Of a stretch of 64,000 bases of DNA, positions 39,784-49,752 are shown in pieces. The stretch comes from Spirochaetia bacterium. Its GTDB lineage: Bacteria; Spirochaetota; Spirochaetia; CAKZLE01. Made by a program: the position numbers and the translations under genes. Position 1 is the stretch's first letter. Every line of letters starts with the position of its first letter. The stretch is from positions 3,680,001-3,744,000 of the forward strand of contig OY782041.1 in the NCBI GenBank assembly GCA_963677595.1, read 5' to 3'. The notes under the pieces are model-generated. The model was not told the DNA's origin. It searched no databases and saw nothing but the letters and a program-made list of their open reading frames with translations.

Positions 39784-41105
39784 TCACAGAAGCAAAGGAC
39801 AGCTTCCCTGAATCTGTCGCCGCGGTCGAACTCATGGAGGAAGAGACCGAAGGAGGCAGCCCCAGGGGAGAGCAGCACGGTCTCATCCGCCGCAGCCAGG
39901 CTCCCGGCTGATCGTACCGCTGCATCCATGCTCGTGAACGGCCCGTGATAGGGGATGGCAGCAGCCTCGAGGATCGGGATGAGTAGTTCAGTGAAGCTCC
40001 CGGCAAGCAGGTGGACAGAACTGCAACACCTGAGATACCCTGCAAGGACCGCAGGCTCGAGTTCCTTATCCGTGCCGCCGGTTATAAGGTGGACATGCCC
40101 CTCCAACTGCCCCAGGGAGAACCCCACTGCCTCGGGGATCGTCGCCGCTGAGTCATTCATCCAGGTGATCCCATCCTTTCTCAGGACCACCTCCCGACGG
40201 TGGGCGAGACCCTGGAACCGGCTGAGGCTGATGAGGATCCTCTCCAGGGAGATACCGGCGGCAATGCCGTAAGTGATCGCAGGGAGGTATGCATGGTCGA
40301 ACTGGTAGAGATACTGGGCATCCACCTTCCCCTCGCGGTAGACCGTTATACTCCTGTCCTTCAGGAGGACCCCTGAAGCTCCTTCGGGCAGGTCCTCCTT
40401 GCGGGAGTAGTACCACTTCTCATGGCTGTTGAGATACTGGTCTGCCAGGAGGTCATCAACCGGGAGGATGACATGGTCTGCGAGGGAGGAGCCGGTGAAG
40501 ATCCTGAACTTGTCCTGGATGTAGTCCTCGAAGGAGTCATACCGGTTGAGATGGTCATGGTACAGCGGCGTGATGATGATATCCTGAAAGCCCCTGAAGG
40601 GGTGTTCGGCAAGGTCATGGATCTGCCAGGAGGAGAGTTCGAGTACCGAACAGTCATAGGAGGCTATTGAGTCCAGGAAGCCGAACGGGGAGGAGCCCAG
40701 GTTGCCGCCGGCAGCTACCCTGCGGCCTGTGCCGCCGAGCAGGTGTGAGACCAGGGCTGTGGTCGTCGACTTGCCTTTCGTGCCGGTGACGGCAATGACC
40801 GGGAGGGAGCTGTTGGCCATGAAGAACCCGATGTCGTTGATGACGTTATGGGCATCTGCGAGCAGGGGATGGCCTGCCGGGACGGCAGGGTTCTTGATGA
40901 TGAGGTCAGCCCAGGTTATGTCTTCTGGAAGATGGCGGCCGAGGGTGTAGGTGACAGTATACCCTTCGATCAGCCTGAGCGAGTCGGTAAGCTGATCGGG
41001 TCCTTTGAGGTCCGTGACGCGGACCTCATGACCATGTGAGGCAAAATAGACGGCTGCAGCTGCCCCGCCGCCGTGGAGTCCCAGGCCGAATATGAGTACA
41101 TGCAT
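39759..41105 (-). CDS. murD: UDP-N-acetylmuramoyl-L-alanine--D-glutamate ligase
   Basis: GLGLHGGG, VTGTKGKSTT, GGNLG, LELSSWQ, DHLNRY, NDSAAT, LLSPGAASF. Confidence 0.94.
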   Translation of the reverse strand: MHVLIFGLGLHGGGAAAAVYFASHGHEVRVTDLKGPDQLTDSLRLIEGYTVTYTLGRHLPEDITWADLIIKNPAVPAGHPLLADAHNVINDIGFFMANSSLPVIAVTGTKGKSTTTALVSHLLGGTGRRVAAGGNLGSSPFGFLDSIASYDCSVLELSSWQIHDLAEHPFRGFQDIIITPLYHDHLNRYDSFEDYIQDKFRIFTGSSLADHVILPVDDLLADQYLNSHEKWYYSRKEDLPEGASGVLLKDRSITVYREGKVDAQYLYQFDHAYLPAITYGIAAGISLERILISLSRFQGLAHRREVVLRKDGITWMNDSAATIPEAVGFSLGQLEGHVHLITGGTDKELEPAVLAGYLRCCSSVHLLAGSFTELLIPILEAAAIPYHGPFTSMDAAVRSAGSLAAADETVLLSPGAASFGLFLHEFDRGDRFREAVLCFCDQPRALER

Positions 41106-41245
41106 GAAGGAGGTCTCCCCCTGTCTAAGATACCTGCAGTATAACTTCTAGAATCTCAAACATCAATGCATTCATACCCCTTGACGAGAACGGAGGATAT
41201 CTGCATAATGTGTCCTACGTAATATTACAGTAAAGGAGCAGAACT

Positions 41246-41344
41246 GTGCCCTGCGGAAAGAAACGAAAAAGACACAAGATCGCAACTCATAAACGAAAGA
41301 AGAAGTTGAGAAAGAATAGACATAAAAAACGAAAGACTAGCTAG
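41246..41344 (+). CDS. bS22-like (AURKAIP1/COX24-type) small ribosomal protein
   Basis: MPCGKKRKRHKIATHKRKKKLRKNRHKKRKTS*; AAAGGAG RBS, GTG start, TTGACG-17-CATAAT promoter, downstream hairpin; not in ORF track. Confidence 0.88.
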   Translation: MPCGKKRKRHKIATHKRKKKLRKNRHKKRKTS

Positions 41345-41516
41345 TAGTTATATATTTCTATCGCGATCAGAAATAGCGGCAGCCGTTCTCACGCATCCAT
41401 GTGCATGAGGCGGCTGTTTCTATATGCACAGGTGAAGCCGCTGTATGGGAACAACGGCTGGTTTGTGTGGCAGGTGAGGTATCCTTCAGTACTGGGGGAG
41501 GAGCGGTATTGACTCC

Positions 41517-43043
41517 CTACAGCTCCTCGAGCGGCAGAGGAACCCATCGCCCGTGCTGCCTGCGCATGCCGTAGGTATGCTCCATGAGTTCTATAAACCC
41601 CTTCTCGAGCGACAGGCTCACATCACAGAAATCACGGTAGGAGGCATCAGCTTTCAGGAGTTCATCGGTATACAGGTGTGCGTTCGCGGTCATGATCGAT
41701 TCCGAGAGCAGCTTGGCCGCGAGGAACCGTTCCTGCTTATTTACTGCGATGATCACCGGTTTCTCCATGAGGTCAATGATCTCCCAGGTGACCTGTTCCG
41801 CCTGGGAATAGCGTCCTGCGTCCTTGTTCTGCTCGCTGACTCGCAGGGGCAGCTTGTCGATGATCTCGTCCAGGTGACTGGTGAGGTATGAGAGGTTGAA
41901 GAGCCCGGTAGCGCAGTTGAAGAGAATGGGCTTGCCGTCCCCTTCGGCCTCGGCCACCGCCTCAGCGGGGATCGCGACCCCGATGTCGCGGCAGGAGCAG
42001 CGGTCCTGCCCATCCCTCACGAGCACGCCTCCCTTGATGTCAACGGGAGACTTGAAGGAGAACTCGAACGACCCATTGCAGCCGGAGAGTGCCGTCATGG
42101 CAAGGTATGCCGGTGAGGGGGTATTCCCCAGGTTGTCGATGTTGACCAGGTAGGCGAACCGCTTTCCCTCTGCATGAAGCTGTCGGTAGATATCGCGCAG
42201 CACATAGAAATTCTGACCATGGCCGCCCGGGAGCGGTAGGAGCGTGTCCTGCTTCCCGTAAGCCTGGGTGAAGATCCTGCGGGGAAACCCCTCTTCTGCA
42301 GGGGTGAAGGCAGCGAGGAGGGATTGCCTGGCTGTGAGGACCTCCGTGATATCATGCCCGGTCGCCTCGATGAGATCCTTGAGCAGGGGGGAATCCCGGT
42401 ACTCCCTGAAGCTCTCTATCGTCTGCTCATGGGTGAAGCCGCTCGTCATCTGGAAGGCCGCGATGCTGGGGGATGACCCTGATCCCTGACTCGCCTTCAG
42501 TTCCATGATGAGCAGTGCCCGGAGCTTGAGTTCGAGGAACGAACTGCCTGGCGTCCCGTCCTCGTTGATGTAGGCTGGTGTGAGACCTTTCGCACGACCG
42601 TCACAGAGTCCGGCAAGCTTCGAGAAGGGGGCGTTGATCAGCTCAGAGAGAGGAGGGTAGAACGAGGAGTTCTTCTTGGAGTCGATGTAGCTCGTGGCTG
42701 AACCGCCGTTGAGGAAACCGAAGGCCAGATAGGGAAGCAGCCGCAGGCCGAGTTCCTCGAGGCCCACTGGGGTGAAACTCCAGGAGCCCTCTTCCTTCAG
42801 GGCGAACTGTGAGAGGTCTATGACGGGGTCGATCGCGCTGATCGCCTGCGAGGCCTGCTTGGCATCGATTACGAACGGCTCTTCAGACGTCCCGTCGATC
42901 ACCTGCACACCATCGATCGTGGGGAAGGTGAACCGTTCCCCACCCGTCGCATCACCGGTCTGGCGGTCCTGAGCCTGTACGAGCCGGAGTATCCTGCCGG
43001 TCAGCTCCCCATCTATGTTGAACTTCCTGAATAACGTATCCAT
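41517..43043 (-). CDS. UTP--glucose-1-phosphate uridylyltransferase-like protein (UDPGP family, non-GalU type)
   Basis: LNGGSATSY, QMTS, PGGHG, NIDNLG, DIKGG, RFLAAK. Confidence 0.75.
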   Translation of the reverse strand: MDTLFRKFNIDGELTGRILRLVQAQDRQTGDATGGERFTFPTIDGVQVIDGTSEEPFVIDAKQASQAISAIDPVIDLSQFALKEEGSWSFTPVGLEELGLRLLPYLAFGFLNGGSATSYIDSKKNSSFYPPLSELINAPFSKLAGLCDGRAKGLTPAYINEDGTPGSSFLELKLRALLIMELKASQGSGSSPSIAAFQMTSGFTHEQTIESFREYRDSPLLKDLIEATGHDITEVLTARQSLLAAFTPAEEGFPRRIFTQAYGKQDTLLPLPGGHGQNFYVLRDIYRQLHAEGKRFAYLVNIDNLGNTPSPAYLAMTALSGCNGSFEFSFKSPVDIKGGVLVRDGQDRCSCRDIGVAIPAEAVAEAEGDGKPILFNCATGLFNLSYLTSHLDEIIDKLPLRVSEQNKDAGRYSQAEQVTWEIIDLMEKPVIIAVNKQERFLAAKLLSESIMTANAHLYTDELLKADASYRDFCDVSLSLEKGFIELMEHTYGMRRQHGRWVPLPLEEL

Positions 43044-43194
43044 AGCTCAATAGTACCTGAAGTTGCCTGCTCATGTAAACCGTATTTTTCACCCGGGATC
43101 CAGCTATCTCATTGACACCGCTTCAGATAATATGGTAGGTTAGCTTGACCTCTTTATCCGCGTATGCGGATCAATTAGTCCGTAAGGAGGAACT

Positions 43195-43476
43195 ATGAGA
43201 ACGTACGAATTCACTGTGATCTTCAAGCCTAATGATGAAGAAGTGGCAAAAGGCAAGGAGCTTGTCGAGAAAGGGTTGAAGGATGCTGGCATCCAGATAA
43301 CCAAGGAAGACAACATCGGAATCAAATTCCTGGCCTACCCAATCAAGAAATCTGAAAAAGGGCACTATGTCTACTATGAACTCGAAGCGGATCCTGAGAC
43401 GATCAGTACTCTGGATCGAAACTTCAAGTTGATGAACCCTGTGCTGAAGTTCTTGTTCGTCAAGAAAGAAAACTAG
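43195..43476 (+). CDS. rpsF: 30S ribosomal protein S6
   Basis: MRTYEFTVIF...LAYPIKK..KGHY. Confidence 0.96.
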   Translation: MRTYEFTVIFKPNDEEVAKGKELVEKGLKDAGIQITKEDNIGIKFLAYPIKKSEKGHYVYYELEADPETISTLDRNFKLMNPVLKFLFVKKEN

Positions 43477-43496
43477 ATAACATTTGGAGCAACTCT

Positions 43497-43967
43497 ATGG
43501 CAAATGATATGAACATGGTAGTTCTTGTCGGTAGACTTACGCGCGATCCGGAGATGAGGTATACCTCTGCCGGTACTGCGGTATGTCGATTCTCGCTAGC
43601 TGTCAATAGAAGAAAGAGGTCAGGAGACAGCTGGAGCGATGAGGTGAGTTATTTTGACGTCACGGTCTGGGGAAGACAGGCTGAGACGCTCAACAACTAC
43701 CTCGTCAAGGGGAAGCAGGTCGCCGTCAACGGTGAGCTGCGCCAGAGCCGATGGGAACAGGATGGCCAGAAACGAAGCAGAGTAGAGGTTGTAGCCAACA
43801 ATGTACAATTATTGGGTGATCCCGCAGGCGGGGCATCACGACCCCCTCAGCAGAACAGGTCTTCCTATCAGCAGCAGGCTCCTCAGCAGAGGAACAGCTA
43901 TGATAATGGTCCGAAGCACGACTATTCGTCCGGGCCGGAAGGTTTCGATGACGATATCCCATTCTAG
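43497..43967 (+). CDS. ssb: Single-stranded DNA-binding protein
   Basis: LVGRLTRDPEMRYT ... DDDIPF. Confidence 0.98.
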   Translation: MANDMNMVVLVGRLTRDPEMRYTSAGTAVCRFSLAVNRRKRSGDSWSDEVSYFDVTVWGRQAETLNNYLVKGKQVAVNGELRQSRWEQDGQKRSRVEVVANNVQLLGDPAGGASRPPQQNRSSYQQQAPQQRNSYDNGPKHDYSSGPEGFDDDIPF

Positions 43968-43996
43968 GGAGTTGAGGGCGACAAGGAGTTAATCAG

Positions 43997-44305
43997 ATGA
44001 GCGAAGAGAATAAAGCACCACGAGCAGAGGGTGCATCAAATCAGAAACCGGAAGGTAGAAGAGAGTACAGACGACGTCCCGGCGGCGGTAGGCGCGGGAT
44101 GTTCAGGAAGAAGGTGTGCAGGTTCTGTACACAGGGGCTGAAAGCCGACTACAAGGATCCCGATACCCTGAGAAGGTTCATCACCGAACGTGGTAAGATC
44201 CTTCCCAGCAGGATCACCGGGACCTGTGCGAAGCACCAGCGGGCACTGGCTAGAGAGATCAAACGGGCACGTGTACTGGCATATCTCCCATTTGAGAAAA
44301 AATAG
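43997..44305 (+). CDS. rpsR: 30S ribosomal protein S18
   Basis: CRFC...DYKD...[22 protein letters not shown]. Confidence 0.98.
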   Translation: MSEENKAPRAEGASNQKPEGRREYRRRPGGGRRGMFRKKVCRFCTQGLKADYKDPDTLRRFITERGKILPSRITGTCAKHQRALAREIKRARVLAYLPFEKK

Positions 44306-44310
44306 GGCGT

Positions 44311-45297
44311 ATGGCGGGGTTAGAACGTGAACGCTGGCTCGAACCGCTTATATCAGTGGTCGCGTCGGTCATGCTGTACCAGCTTTCCATGCTCTACTTC
44401 GTGTTCACCGTACCCCTTCATATGCTGGCAATGAGGAGGGACAGGAAGTCCTTTCTTGCTGCATCGGGTCTGGTCCTGCTGGCGGTCATCGTACAGGAGA
44501 CTGTGCAGTACCTGCAGTACGGATTCACCCGTCAGGATGCATTGATCATAGCCATCGGGCTGTATGGTCCGGTGGTGCTGCTTGCCGGGATGGTCTGGTT
44601 CCATCTCCTCCTTGGGGATATGGCGAAGATCACCCGCTTCATCAGCAGCTGGATACTGCCGGCAGTTGCCGGGTTCACCCTGCTGCTGCTGTATGAGGGC
44701 GAGGGCCCTACGGCAGTCTATACGAGGGACCTGTTTCGTGAACAGATGGGGCTGCTGCTCCAGTTTGGCCAGGAGATAGGTTACGGGGAAGCATTCTCCT
44801 ATTTCACCCCTGAGGTGATCTACACGATCATCATCATGGTGATCGAACGGGGATTCCTCCCTGCCGCGGTCCTGCAGATGGGGTTCGCCCTGCTGGTCGC
44901 CTACCAGATCGCTGGAAGGCTGAACAGGAGGCCGTTCTGGCGTTTCATCAGCTTCAGGGTTCCTGAGACGATGATCTGGCCGTTCCTGACTGCCTGGGCG
45001 CTGGTCCTGCTGACGAGCTTTATCGAGCTGGGAGTGATCGGAACCCTCGGCTGGAATATCGGGCTGGGGCTTGCGGTACTCTACTTCCTGCAGGGAGTAG
45101 CGATCCTGATGTACAGGCTGCTCAGGAAGGGTATGAGAATCCGGGGCTATACGATGGTCGTCTGGAGCTTCCTGGCCCTGCTGGTCCCCGGGATCAATGT
45201 GCTTGTTATGGTGGGAATGCCGTTATTCGGTGTTTCCGAGATTTGGATTCATTACAGAGATGTAAATAAGGAGAAATCAAATGAAAATTATTCTTAA
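44311..45297 (+). CDS. DUF2232/YybS family membrane protein
   Basis: Multi-TM, YFLQGVAI motif, position between rpsR and rplI. Confidence 0.75.
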   Translation: MAGLERERWLEPLISVVASVMLYQLSMLYFVFTVPLHMLAMRRDRKSFLAASGLVLLAVIVQETVQYLQYGFTRQDALIIAIGLYGPVVLLAGMVWFHLLLGDMAKITRFISSWILPAVAGFTLLLLYEGEGPTAVYTRDLFREQMGLLLQFGQEIGYGEAFSYFTPEVIYTIIIMVIERGFLPAAVLQMGFALLVAYQIAGRLNRRPFWRFISFRVPETMIWPFLTAWALVLLTSFIELGVIGTLGWNIGLGLAVLYFLQGVAILMYRLLRKGMRIRGYTMVVWSFLALLVPGINVLVMVGMPLFGVSEIWIHYRDVNKEKSNENYS

Positions 45298-45895
45298 TCA
45301 GGATGTATATAATCTTGGTGAAGAGGGAGATGTCTGTGACGTAGCCAACGGCTATGCCAGGAACTTCCTGCTTCCGAAAGGGCTTGCTGTACCGTGCAAT
45401 AATGCCAACCTCGCGATCTTCAAGAGCCGGTCTGCCGCTATCGAGAAGCGAAAAGAGGAGAAGAGGAAATCAGCACTCTCACTCAAGGAGAAGCTGCAGG
45501 AGACTACGCTTACCATCAAGATGACTGCCGGTGATTCCGGCAAGCTCTTCGGTGCGGTCACCAGCCAGACTGTCGTGGATGCGCTTGCGAAAGAGGGTAT
45601 CCAGGTCGACAAGAAGAAGGTCGATGTACCTTCACATACCATCAAGATGGTCGGCACCTACTCGGTACTCGTCAAGCTGTACGAGAAGGAGTCTGCTACC
45701 GTGAAGATCGATGTCATCTCCGACAGGATCGAGAAGATGGAAGAAGCTGCCGCAGCTGTCGTAGAGGAAGAACCTGCTCCACTGTCCACCAGCGATTTCG
45801 ATGAAGAGGATGAGTACGAGGATGAGGAAGTAGAAGAGGTAGAGACCGAGATCGAGGAAGAAGCTGCTTCTGCAGATGAAGAAGTAGAGCAGTAG
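45281..45895 (+). CDS. rplI: 50S ribosomal protein L9
   Basis: MKIILNQDV..LG..GD..DVANGYARNFLLP, GKLFGAVT; long acidic tail. Confidence 0.97.
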   Translation: MKIILNQDVYNLGEEGDVCDVANGYARNFLLPKGLAVPCNNANLAIFKSRSAAIEKRKEEKRKSALSLKEKLQETTLTIKMTAGDSGKLFGAVTSQTVVDALAKEGIQVDKKKVDVPSHTIKMVGTYSVLVKLYEKESATVKIDVISDRIEKMEEAAAAVVEEEPAPLSTSDFDEEDEYEDEEVEEVETEIEEEAASADEEVEQ

Positions 45896-45921
45896 ATCCG
45901 CGAACCGAACAAAGAGGTCAC

Positions 45922-47271
45922 ATGGGAACTGCAGAGCTGTTGGGAAGGGTCCCCCCTCATAATAGGGAGGCAGAGCGAGCCGTGCTCGGGGCTGTCCTGA
46001 TCGATCAGGAAGCTGCCTCGGCCGCCCTCGAGATCCTTCGCCCCGATGATTTCTACGTGAAGGCACATGCCCTCATGTTCACTGCAGTATCCCATATCTC
46101 CGCCTCCGGCGAGATGGTCGACCTCATTACTCTGACCGAGGAGCTCAAGCGCACCGAGATGCTTGACTCCTGCGGCGGAGTCTCCTATATCGCCTCTGTG
46201 ACCTCAGAGGTCCCCACCACGGCGAACATCGATTTCTATGCCAAGGTAGTCAAGCAGAACAGTATCAGGCGCCACCTGCTCAATGTGTCGAACAACCTCA
46301 TCGCGAAAGCCTATGATGACTCAGAGGATACGCGGGAGATCCTCGCAGATGCGGAGAAGCAGATCTTCGATATTTCGAATGACAGCAGCACGACCGGGAA
46401 CTACCGCAAGACCCTCGATATCGTGGGGGAGACCATCGAGTACATCGAGTTCCTCGTGCAGAACGGGGGAAAGCTCTCTGGTGTGCCCACCGGCTACTCC
46501 AAGCTGGACGACCATACGAGCGGCTTCCAGAAATCGGAGTTCATCGTCATCGGTGCACGCCCGTCAGTCGGGAAGACCGCGTTCGCGCTCTCGATGGCCT
46601 CACACATCGCCATACGGGAGAAGATACCGGTAGGCTTCTTCACCCTCGAGATGTCGGGGAAGTCCCTCATGATGAGGATCCTCTCCGCAGAGTCCCTCGT
46701 GGACTCGAAGAAGATCAGGAGCGGGCTGCTCTCCAACCGTGACTTCGCCCAGCTGACCGATGCCGCCGGCAGGATCTATGAGGCACCATTGTTCATCGAG
46801 GACACGCCGAACATCAAGCTGCTCGACCTGAGGGCAAAGGCGCGGCGGATGAAGAAGAACGAGGATATCCAGATCCTCTTCATCGACTACATCGGGCTGA
46901 TCGAGGCCGAGAACAAGGGAAGTGTCCCCAGGCATGAGCAGGTAGCTGAGATCTCGCGGTCGTTGAAGTCCCTCGCCCGTGAGCTCGATATACCGATCGT
47001 CTGCCTCTCCCAGGTCGGACGGCAGTCAGAGGGGAAGGAACCGACCCTCGCGGACCTGCGTGAGTCCGGCTCCATCGAACAGGATGCCGACGTCGTCATG
47101 TTCATCCATAAGGAACGTGAGACCGAGAAGGATATCGCAGACCAGGACAAGGATATCATCGAGACGAAGATCATCCTCGCAAAACAGCGAAACGGCCCAA
47201 TCGGGACGCTCTACCTGGGATTCCAGCCTAAATACACGAAATTCGTCACATTGACACGGGAAACACAGTAA
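45922..47271 (+). CDS. dnaB: Replicative DNA helicase
   Basis: PPHNREAERAVLG, GARPSVGKT, FTLEM, IDYIGL, DLRESGSIEQDAD, KQRNGP; no intein. Confidence 0.98.
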   Translation: MGTAELLGRVPPHNREAERAVLGAVLIDQEAASAALEILRPDDFYVKAHALMFTAVSHISASGEMVDLITLTEELKRTEMLDSCGGVSYIASVTSEVPTTANIDFYAKVVKQNSIRRHLLNVSNNLIAKAYDDSEDTREILADAEKQIFDISNDSSTTGNYRKTLDIVGETIEYIEFLVQNGGKLSGVPTGYSKLDDHTSGFQKSEFIVIGARPSVGKTAFALSMASHIAIREKIPVGFFTLEMSGKSLMMRILSAESLVDSKKIRSGLLSNRDFAQLTDAAGRIYEAPLFIEDTPNIKLLDLRAKARRMKKNEDIQILFIDYIGLIEAENKGSVPRHEQVAEISRSLKSLARELDIPIVCLSQVGRQSEGKEPTLADLRESGSIEQDADVVMFIHKERETEKDIADQDKDIIETKIILAKQRNGPIGTLYLGFQPKYTKFVTLTRETQ

Positions 47272-47274
47272 TAC

Positions 47275-48645
47275 CTACCGAAGGAAGAATGCCAGGTCGT
47301 TGAAGATGGTGAAGGCCATGATCGTCATGAGGATACCGAAGCCGATGATCTGCAGGCGGTAGTAGTTCTGCGGGGAGAATCCACGGTGCAGTACGGCTTC
47401 AGCGATCGACACGATCATCTGCCCGCCGTCGAGTGCCGGGATCGGCAGGAGGTTCGCGAAGCAGAGGGCGGTGCTGATGAAGCCGAGCAGCCTGAAGACC
47501 GTGGTGATGCCGGTAAGGAGCCCCTGCGAGAAACTCTCTGCGGTCGCCGTCCCCACGAGGTAGGTGATCTTGATCGGGCCAGCCATGGACTCACTCAGGT
47601 CAAGTCCCTTGAACATGAGGGCTATGCTGTGGATAGCCAGGCCGAAGGTCGAGAAGGTCTCAGCAACACCACGCTTCAGGGACCCGAAGAACCCGTAATC
47701 GGGGGTGGATACCGTCTCAAGCGGGAATATCGCGTTGAAGATCGGCCTGCCGTCCTCATCATACTCCGTGACAGCCTCAATGGTGATCTGCTGCCCATCC
47801 CGTACGATCCCGTAGGTATGTGATCCTGTTCTTCCTGTGAAGATCGCCTGGTAGATATCGACGACGCAGCTGACCTGAGTACCATCTACCGAGGTGATGG
47901 TGTCTCCCACCCTGAGACCTGAAGAGAGCAGGAGGGACCCTGTTGGGATGTCCGTGACTCGCGGTTCGATCCAGGGGGCGATGCCGATGACGCCGGCACC
48001 CGTCTGGCGGTTCAGCTCCGGCGTGATATACCCCTGGACAGTCCTCCCCTCATGCAGGTAGGTCAGCTCGAGCTGCTTATCAGCCTTGTCGAGCAGTGCC
48101 TCCTGTATATCCTTGAAATGGGCTATTGGCTTCCCGTCGAGCGAGATGATGGTGTCCCCGGTGCCCAGGCCAGCAGCCTCGGCAGGGCTGACTGACTCCT
48201 CCTCCCCATAGATCAGGGGGTAGTCAGAAGCCAGGATGATCCGGTTCGAGAAGGTCTGGAACTCGTAGCCGATCCCCCAGACGGAAGCGAAGAGGATCGA
48301 TGCGAAGATGAGGTTGAACAGCGGTCCCGCAGCATAGGTGAGGAACCGCTGCCAGGGAGAGACGCTGAAGAGCGACCCTTCTGCGTAGGGGAAGCTGGCA
48401 AGCTTCTTCTCGATAGCCTCCTTGAACTCATACTCGCCCTTCATCCGGCAGTAGCCGCCGATCGGCAGGATATTGATCCGGTACTCGGTCGTGCCTCTTG
48501 TCATCCCGAATAGCTTGGGTCCCCAGCCGAGCGCGAAGCTCTCGACCTCGATATGGACGGCCTTGGCCACGATGAAGTGACCGAGTTCGTGGATGAAGAT
48601 GACGATACCCAGGCCGAGCAGGCCGAGGATGATGGTCAGGATCAT
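47275..48645 (-). CDS. rseP: RIP metalloprotease RseP
   Basis: HELGH, PDZ-like segments, NLLPIPALDGG. Confidence 0.93.
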   Translation of the reverse strand: MILTIILGLLGLGIVIFIHELGHFIVAKAVHIEVESFALGWGPKLFGMTRGTTEYRINILPIGGYCRMKGEYEFKEAIEKKLASFPYAEGSLFSVSPWQRFLTYAAGPLFNLIFASILFASVWGIGYEFQTFSNRIILASDYPLIYGEEESVSPAEAAGLGTGDTIISLDGKPIAHFKDIQEALLDKADKQLELTYLHEGRTVQGYITPELNRQTGAGVIGIAPWIEPRVTDIPTGSLLLSSGLRVGDTITSVDGTQVSCVVDIYQAIFTGRTGSHTYGIVRDGQQITIEAVTEYDEDGRPIFNAIFPLETVSTPDYGFFGSLKRGVAETFSTFGLAIHSIALMFKGLDLSESMAGPIKITYLVGTATAESFSQGLLTGITTVFRLLGFISTALCFANLLPIPALDGGQMIVSIAEAVLHRGFSPQNYYRLQIIGFGILMTIMAFTIFNDLAFFLR

Positions 48646-49748
48646 AACGTCTCCAGGTAGTCTGCAGACAGTCTCCTCACATCGGCATCAACAGCAAGGA
48701 CATGTGAGAATGTCTCAGGGGTCATGCTCCAGTCATGCTGGAGAACCTCATGCACCATGGCGGGGATGCCCATGAACGGTATCCGCTTCTGGATGAAGGC
48801 TTCCACGGCCATCTCGTTCGCCCCGTTATAGGCGATGGAGTAGGATCCCCCGAGGGCCAGTACGTCATAGGCGTAGCCGAGCATGGGGAATCGCTCCAGG
48901 TCAGGATCGAAGAACTCGAGTACCGCCCCCTTCAGGCTGAAGGAGTTGAAGAGGTGGTTCCCGATCTCCGGGTAGAGCAGGGCGTTCATGATGGGGACCT
49001 TCATGTCGGGCTTGCTGATCTGCGCATATTGGGAACCGTCGGTAGTCCTGATCAGGGAGTGGACATAGCTCTGTGGATGGATGAGGACCTCGATCTGTTC
49101 AGGCTGCACCCCGAAGAGGTGGACCGTCTCGATCACTTCCAGCCCCTTGTTCGCCAGGGTAGCTGAATCGATGGAGATCTTGGATCCCATCGCCCAGGTG
49201 GGATGCTTGAGCGCATCCTCAATGGTCGCATGCTCCATCTGTTCCAGGGTGGCCGTCCTGAAGGGGCCGCCGGATGAGGTCAGCAGGATGTGGGTCAGGT
49301 GGTTCTCCGGTCGGAATCGTGTCAGCTGGAAGATCGCGGCATGTTCGGAATCGACCGGCTGTATGCGGCATTCCATGCGCTGGGCAAGGTCCGAGATGAG
49401 GTGGCCGGCGATCACGACGGTCTCCTTGTTCGCCAGGGCGAGGTCCTTCCCGCTCTCGAGTGAGACGACGGAAGGCATGAGGCCGGCAGCGCCGGAGATA
49501 CCGTTTATGACGATATCTGCGTCCGTATCCCTGATCAAGTCGAGAATGGCATCGTGACCGTTGCGATCATGGCCGGAGAGGGCGGTATTGGTTACCTTGA
49601 ACTCTGCGGCGATCTGCTCGAGTGCAGAATGGTTCGAATGGGCTGTGATGCCGACGATCTCGAATTCATCAGGAAGCTGCCGGATGACCTCCAGTGAGTT
49701 TTTACCGATGGAGCCGGTAGCCCCAAGGAGTATGATTCGTTTTTTCAT
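48642..49748 (-). CDS. dxr: 1-deoxy-D-xylulose-5-phosphate reductoisomerase
   Basis: LGATGSIG, LANKE, PVDSEH, SGGPF, HPTWAMG, NKGLEVIE. Confidence 0.97.
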   Translation of the reverse strand: MKKRIILLGATGSIGKNSLEVIRQLPDEFEIVGITAHSNHSALEQIAAEFKVTNTALSGHDRNGHDAILDLIRDTDADIVINGISGAAGLMPSVVSLESGKDLALANKETVVIAGHLISDLAQRMECRIQPVDSEHAAIFQLTRFRPENHLTHILLTSSGGPFRTATLEQMEHATIEDALKHPTWAMGSKISIDSATLANKGLEVIETVHLFGVQPEQIEVLIHPQSYVHSLIRTTDGSQYAQISKPDMKVPIMNALLYPEIGNHLFNSFSLKGAVLEFFDPDLERFPMLGYAYDVLALGGSYSIAYNGANEMAVEAFIQKRIPFMGIPAMVHEVLQHDWSMTPETFSHVLAVDADVRRLSADYLETL

Positions 49749-49752
49749 TGAG

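Noticed and set aside
38788-41105. FemAB-like gene next to murD in a diderm
   Set aside because: Glycine-bridged peptidoglycan and FemX-like enzymes are established in spirochaetes
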